In this document: piece after piece, positions 58,634 to 64,000 of the stretch | How positions within the stretch are numbered: position 1 is the stretch's first letter | How the letters are laid out: each line of letters begins with the position of its first letter | From: the human T2T-CHM13v2.0 reference genome, Homo sapiens | Length of the DNA stretch: 64,000 nt | Direction: 5' to 3' (one strand) | NCBI RefSeq assembly: GCF_009914755.1 | Contig: NC_060925.1 | Notes under the pieces: generated by a model | Database searches by the model: none | What the model saw: the letters and a program-made list of their open reading frames with translations, nothing else | What the model was told of the DNA's origin: nothing | Made by a program: the position numbers and the translations under genes

Positions 58634-59835
58634 TTATCTCTTTGGCATGCCCCATCACCTGCTGTCTGTCTCCAAAAGACCTGTAGATCAGAGCAGGCAT
58701 TGTAAGGCAGGGACAGTTCCTGAAATTTCCAATTAACTGATGATGGGAAAGCTCAGAAACACAAACTCTGGGGAGTGGCTGCCTGGTACTGCTAATACTC
58801 CTGCTGGAAACAGGGGCACCTGGGCTACAAACAAACGTAAGACTTTGGAAGAAGGTGCATTAACTTAATTCTGCCTTTCACATGTGAGCTCCCAATTTCC
58901 CTTGTGGCTATGAGCCACAAGGGCCCAAATTCAATGGGAGGGTGGTTCGGGTCTACCATGACAAGCCAGGATGGAGGAGACAGAGGTCAGTTATTGGGAG
59001 CCCAGATTCTTGCCCTTTAGAAACATGTGCTGTAGCAGAGAGGAACCCACTACAGCTGGGATTCTGGACTGACACAGGGAGTGGGTAGTCCATCCAGGGT
59101 CACCTGATTGATAGCAGGCCCTTCACATCTGCAGCCCCCACCTGTGACACTGTTTTTGATACCATATTCCCCAAATTTAACCCTCAAATCCAAAATAGTA
59201 AAACTACTGAGATGTTACTTATGAATACAGTATCTCTGGGTTTCTCAGATGGCTGCTGGGAAACTCCAGAGATCCTCCTCCTAGCTCTTAACATGAAGAT
59301 ATATTAGAAATAAAGGTAATGTTTTGCATTCTCCAGATATTTAATTTGCTCAAAACTATGCTCAATATAGTGGAAGCTGCTGTGTTTTTCAAGGCCATAT
59401 TCTGAGAAAATAGCAATAAAATCATCTTAAATTAATTAAATGCAATAATTATGTATGATTACTGTGGCTATGTTACAATAATTGTGCACTTCTCAGGTTG
59501 GATTCAGGCATATTTATGTTCATGTACAAAGACTGGTGCAATAAATGTCAACCAACTGATTAAAAAAAGTAAACTTATCAGTTGGTGACAAATAATAATA
59601 TCTACTTTGTGGGGAAAATTAAAGGCCCTGGAGAGGTATCGGGATGCACTAATTGTTCTTCATGTGTTCTGTCTTTTACGGTAATCACTGATTAAAATTT
59701 CATTAGATGAGTATGTATTACACCTCAACAGAGAATGCCACTGTCCCCCATTGTGATGTTGTTTGCTATGGCAAAAAATTAACCAAACTTTACAGTTTTA
59801 TTATTAGCAACATCTCCTCCCCCTATCCCCGCTGC

Positions 59836-60127
<292 letters not shown>

Positions 60128-60763
60128 CCTCCTTTCCCTTTAAGCATACCTAAAAGCCTCTCTACAAAGCGCCAATCAGAATTTGAGTCATCTGGAAGAA
60201 ATATCAAAAGAGCTCCAGTAATAATGGTAGCAGACACTGTTGATACTATTGATACCACAGGAAATTGACTCATGGATATAGGCCTCCAAGAATAGGCTGA
60301 CCTTGTCCCCACAGACAATATTCCAACTATACGAAATAAATGAGTCAGGAGTTCCAAGACACTCACAGTGTAGAAGCCGATGAATTCATGAAAGTAGACT
60401 GCTTAACTCAAGACCAGCACGACAAGAGGTTGTTATTTAGGATTAAAGGGCCTCAGTAAGGCAATTTAATTGAGGCTAGTTTAATTTTCTACTTTAATGA
60501 ACATGAGAGAAACCCATTTTCTTTCTTCTTAATCTACCTTTAATCTCCAATTAAATGTACAAATTATTAAATTTGTAAAAACTAAATAAAACACTCTGAA
60601 TTCTTAGTGTTGAGGAAAAAAATACCTTGCAGAAATTCTTAATATAAAAACAAAGCTAATAAGTTGCCAAGAAAAACATACAAATAATTATTTTGTAAAG
60701 AATTGTGACATACAATATTTGGTTTTGTCTATTAACATACCCTTAATTAGCAATATTGCTTAA

Positions 60764-61175
<412 letters not shown>

Positions 61176-64000
61176 CAGGAAGAATCAATTTTTTAATAAA
61201 AAATTTATAGCTGTGCTACAAATTCAATTTAATTAGACAAGACAAATCCAGTAATAAGAATAATTTCTATGTTTTTCACGCAGAAGCGATGCCTATAACA
61301 TCCTTCTAGGAAACCAATCTGGTGCTTGCTCTATGGACTATGCAATCTCAGGCTTGGAGGTAAGAAAGAATGTCCTTTCTTGGCAGAGCAGGGACACCGA
61401 GACATTGGATATCTTTTATTAAAAAGGATACATTTGCATTATAAATACTGCAGATGAAATCAGGTAGAGGTGAACGGACTGGTGTGGTCTGCTCTAAACT
61501 GAGCTGTTAAACATGTAAAAGTAAATTTAAAGCACAAGGGCTTTATAAATCTATAGATAGACGTAAACTTGTGAGCCTTAGTTTATTGTTTCATCAAAAA
61601 AATACTAGGAGGTCATTAAATATTAATCAACACTTCTTAGATCTGTGCAAATAAAATGGATCAAATTAAAATGTAAAATCAATAGTACTGATTAGGAACA
61701 TTGTTCAGCAAATGGAGGTAGACAAACATGTCCTGTAGAGAAGGAAACATGACCGCAAGATGAAGTGTAAAAACCAAAGTGACATTGGGGCCTGACACCA
61801 TTGTCAGCCCGTTCATCATGTCCCACTGCTGAAGAAACAGAGAAAAAAAAACTCTGCACTCTGACATAAAGAAACAATAAAAGGGTCTCTCTGTCTACCT
61901 GCAGTCCTCCAAATGAATAAAACCTTGAGCATTTCCTGAGAGTTGCTAACTCCTTAATGAAAATCACTTTATCCTTGACTTTACAATGCTGTTTATTGTC
62001 TGAAGATATGTCATGAACTTTCTGAATACAATAACCATGATAAAATTGCTGTTTTCTGCCATGAAGAGATTAATATAAACCCTATAGTCTTCATAATATT
62101 GTTTGTTTTAAAAAGTTCTATTTTTTTAATTTTTTGGGCAGTTCTTTTGAAGAATGACTTCCTCACATTTCTTTGCAAGTAAATGTCTCCTTCTGCTTAT
62201 TTTTCCAACATGCTTTTGTTTCTGAGCCTTTCTTTCATGCTCTATACACACAAATCAGCAGGAGATAGTACCTGCAGCTGTATTTGGAGTTTACTGCCTC
62301 AATGTTCACTTTCAATGAAAGAGCGTATTTCTTAACAGAAGACCAGAAATTCATGCTGAACCAATAAATTGTCCTCTATAGTTTTCATCTGCAAGGAGGA
62401 TTTAAATATTTCTAGCTCAGTAGTTCAGCCCTGAAGATTATTTCACCCCCACTGCTAATCCCGACCTAATCTGTTTTTGTGTTGTTAATGCTCCTATATA
62501 CTAGCCAGGTCCGTAATTCTGTAACAGGCTTAATTTCTTAATATTTTAGGCCATGTGTTAATTTTACTATTTCTTAGCCATTTTTCCTCAATAGTTTTAA
62601 ATTGCATCCCTGCTTACTCTCCCTTTTACTGGATGGGCTTCCTCTGTTTACTAATACAATTCCCCAAATTGATTCATCCACTTGTTGAAATACCTAATTT
62701 TAGGCCCTGCACTGACAGCTTGCCTAGGCTTATACTTGTTGTGTTTGGTGTTGCAGTCTTCAGATTCTAAAAACACCATCTAGACCTTACATTACCTCCA
62801 GCCAGGGCTATTCCCCCAGGGCCTGCCTTAAGAAGCAGATTTCTTTTCATGTTTCATCTTCTTCCCATTTATTTCATTTCATGACAGTTAGAGAAGCTGT
62901 ATACTAACGTGACAAATGCTAAGTTAGCAAAGAAAAACGTTATTTCAGGATAAGTTCAGGGAAAGCTTTTTGGAGGAAAGTCAGCTCACATTAGTCCTGA
63001 TGATGGATAGTGTATAGAGACTACAGATGATGGAACGATGAAGTGGAAACTCGAGTGGCTACATACGGACATTCCACATAGAAGCAGTGTGAGCAAAACC
63101 ACCAAGAAAGGAAATGAGATGGAATTGATAAGGCAATGCAAATAATTCAGGTTATTTAGATCATCAGTGTTGGGGGAAGCTGGGTTTATGGGAATCAATC
63201 GTTAATCAGAATGTGAGCACCATTGGTTTGGTAATTCATGGAAGAGGTTATCATTCAACAGGGGGAGTGGCTTCTCGATTATAAACATGTCTGAAGGTCA
63301 CTGAACATCAAGGCTATCCTTCAGTTAAAATCTTATTAAAATTATACTGACCTCTGATGACCTTCAGAGAGCTCCAGCTAGATGGATTGATGATAAGAGA
63401 AATTCGAGAAGGCAATGGGGCAAATCTTTGTGCAAATCTCTGTTATGTCATATATCTAAGGCTTCTGCTGGATCCAGTGATTTGTTTGTTCTGACTGTAG
63501 TACAAATCTATTGGAACAATAAATCTAGTTATAATAAATGACAGAGGGCATTGAAGCAGATGCAAGAAGCAAAATATACAGGTGTAAAGACAAACTATAT
63601 TAGGCCTCCCATCAAGCTTCTCTAATATTTTCACAGCACAGCCCTGCCTGACTTCTCTCTATCTGGGTAGGCCCCTTCTGTTTGCTAAACCAGTTCTCTG
63701 ATGTTGACTACCTGATTCTCTAGTCCTCAAGTTGACTCATCCTGTTTATTGAGAGTGACATTTTTAGACTACTAATAATATTTATATGTAAGAAAGAAAC
63801 TGGGTTTTTATATAAATATATAATCTTTTCAAATAAAAGATTATAATCAAGGAACTGTAAATAATAGAAAAATTACATAACGTTTCCCTATTTGGGGATT
63901 GGTTAAATGCAATATTATAGAAGTCTGAAAAAATAATGACTGTATTACAAAAGAATATAAAAATAATTGAAGACTAGGAATTATGTCTACCAACTAATTC

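Overview
Human (great-ape-type) genomic DNA, rich in repeats, most consistent with one copy of the chr1 1q21/1p11 segmental duplicon that derives from the 5' end of PARP8. It holds three gene-like elements. (1) On the minus strand, a CpG island with a duplicated PARP8 5' end: coding exon 1 (4374-4461) and exon 2 (3412-3466), both with intact GT-AG sites and in frame. This is probably the first part of a LINC01145/LINC01138/LINC00869/LINC00623-type lncRNA. A strong downstream acceptor at 333-334 could extend it into a 95-aa chimeric ORF. (2) On the plus strand, a full-length, apparently young VOPP1 (ECOP) retrocopy (21559-24505) with an intact 172-aa ORF, a poly(A) tail and a perfect 17-bp target-site duplication (TSD). 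(3) On the minus strand, a PPIAL4-family cyclophilin A retrogene (CDS 30359-30853, 164 aa, probably PPIAL4D) inserted into an old L1M element. The rest is interspersed repeat: about 20 Alu/FLAM/FAM elements, several L1PA/L1PB/L1M fragments, a MER31-type ERV1 provirus remnant, ERVL-like internal sequence, THE1/MLT1 LTRs, Tigger2/MER8/MER46/MER5 DNA transposons and microsatellites. Gene identities and subfamily names come from recalled sequences, not from database searches, and repeat boundaries are approximate.
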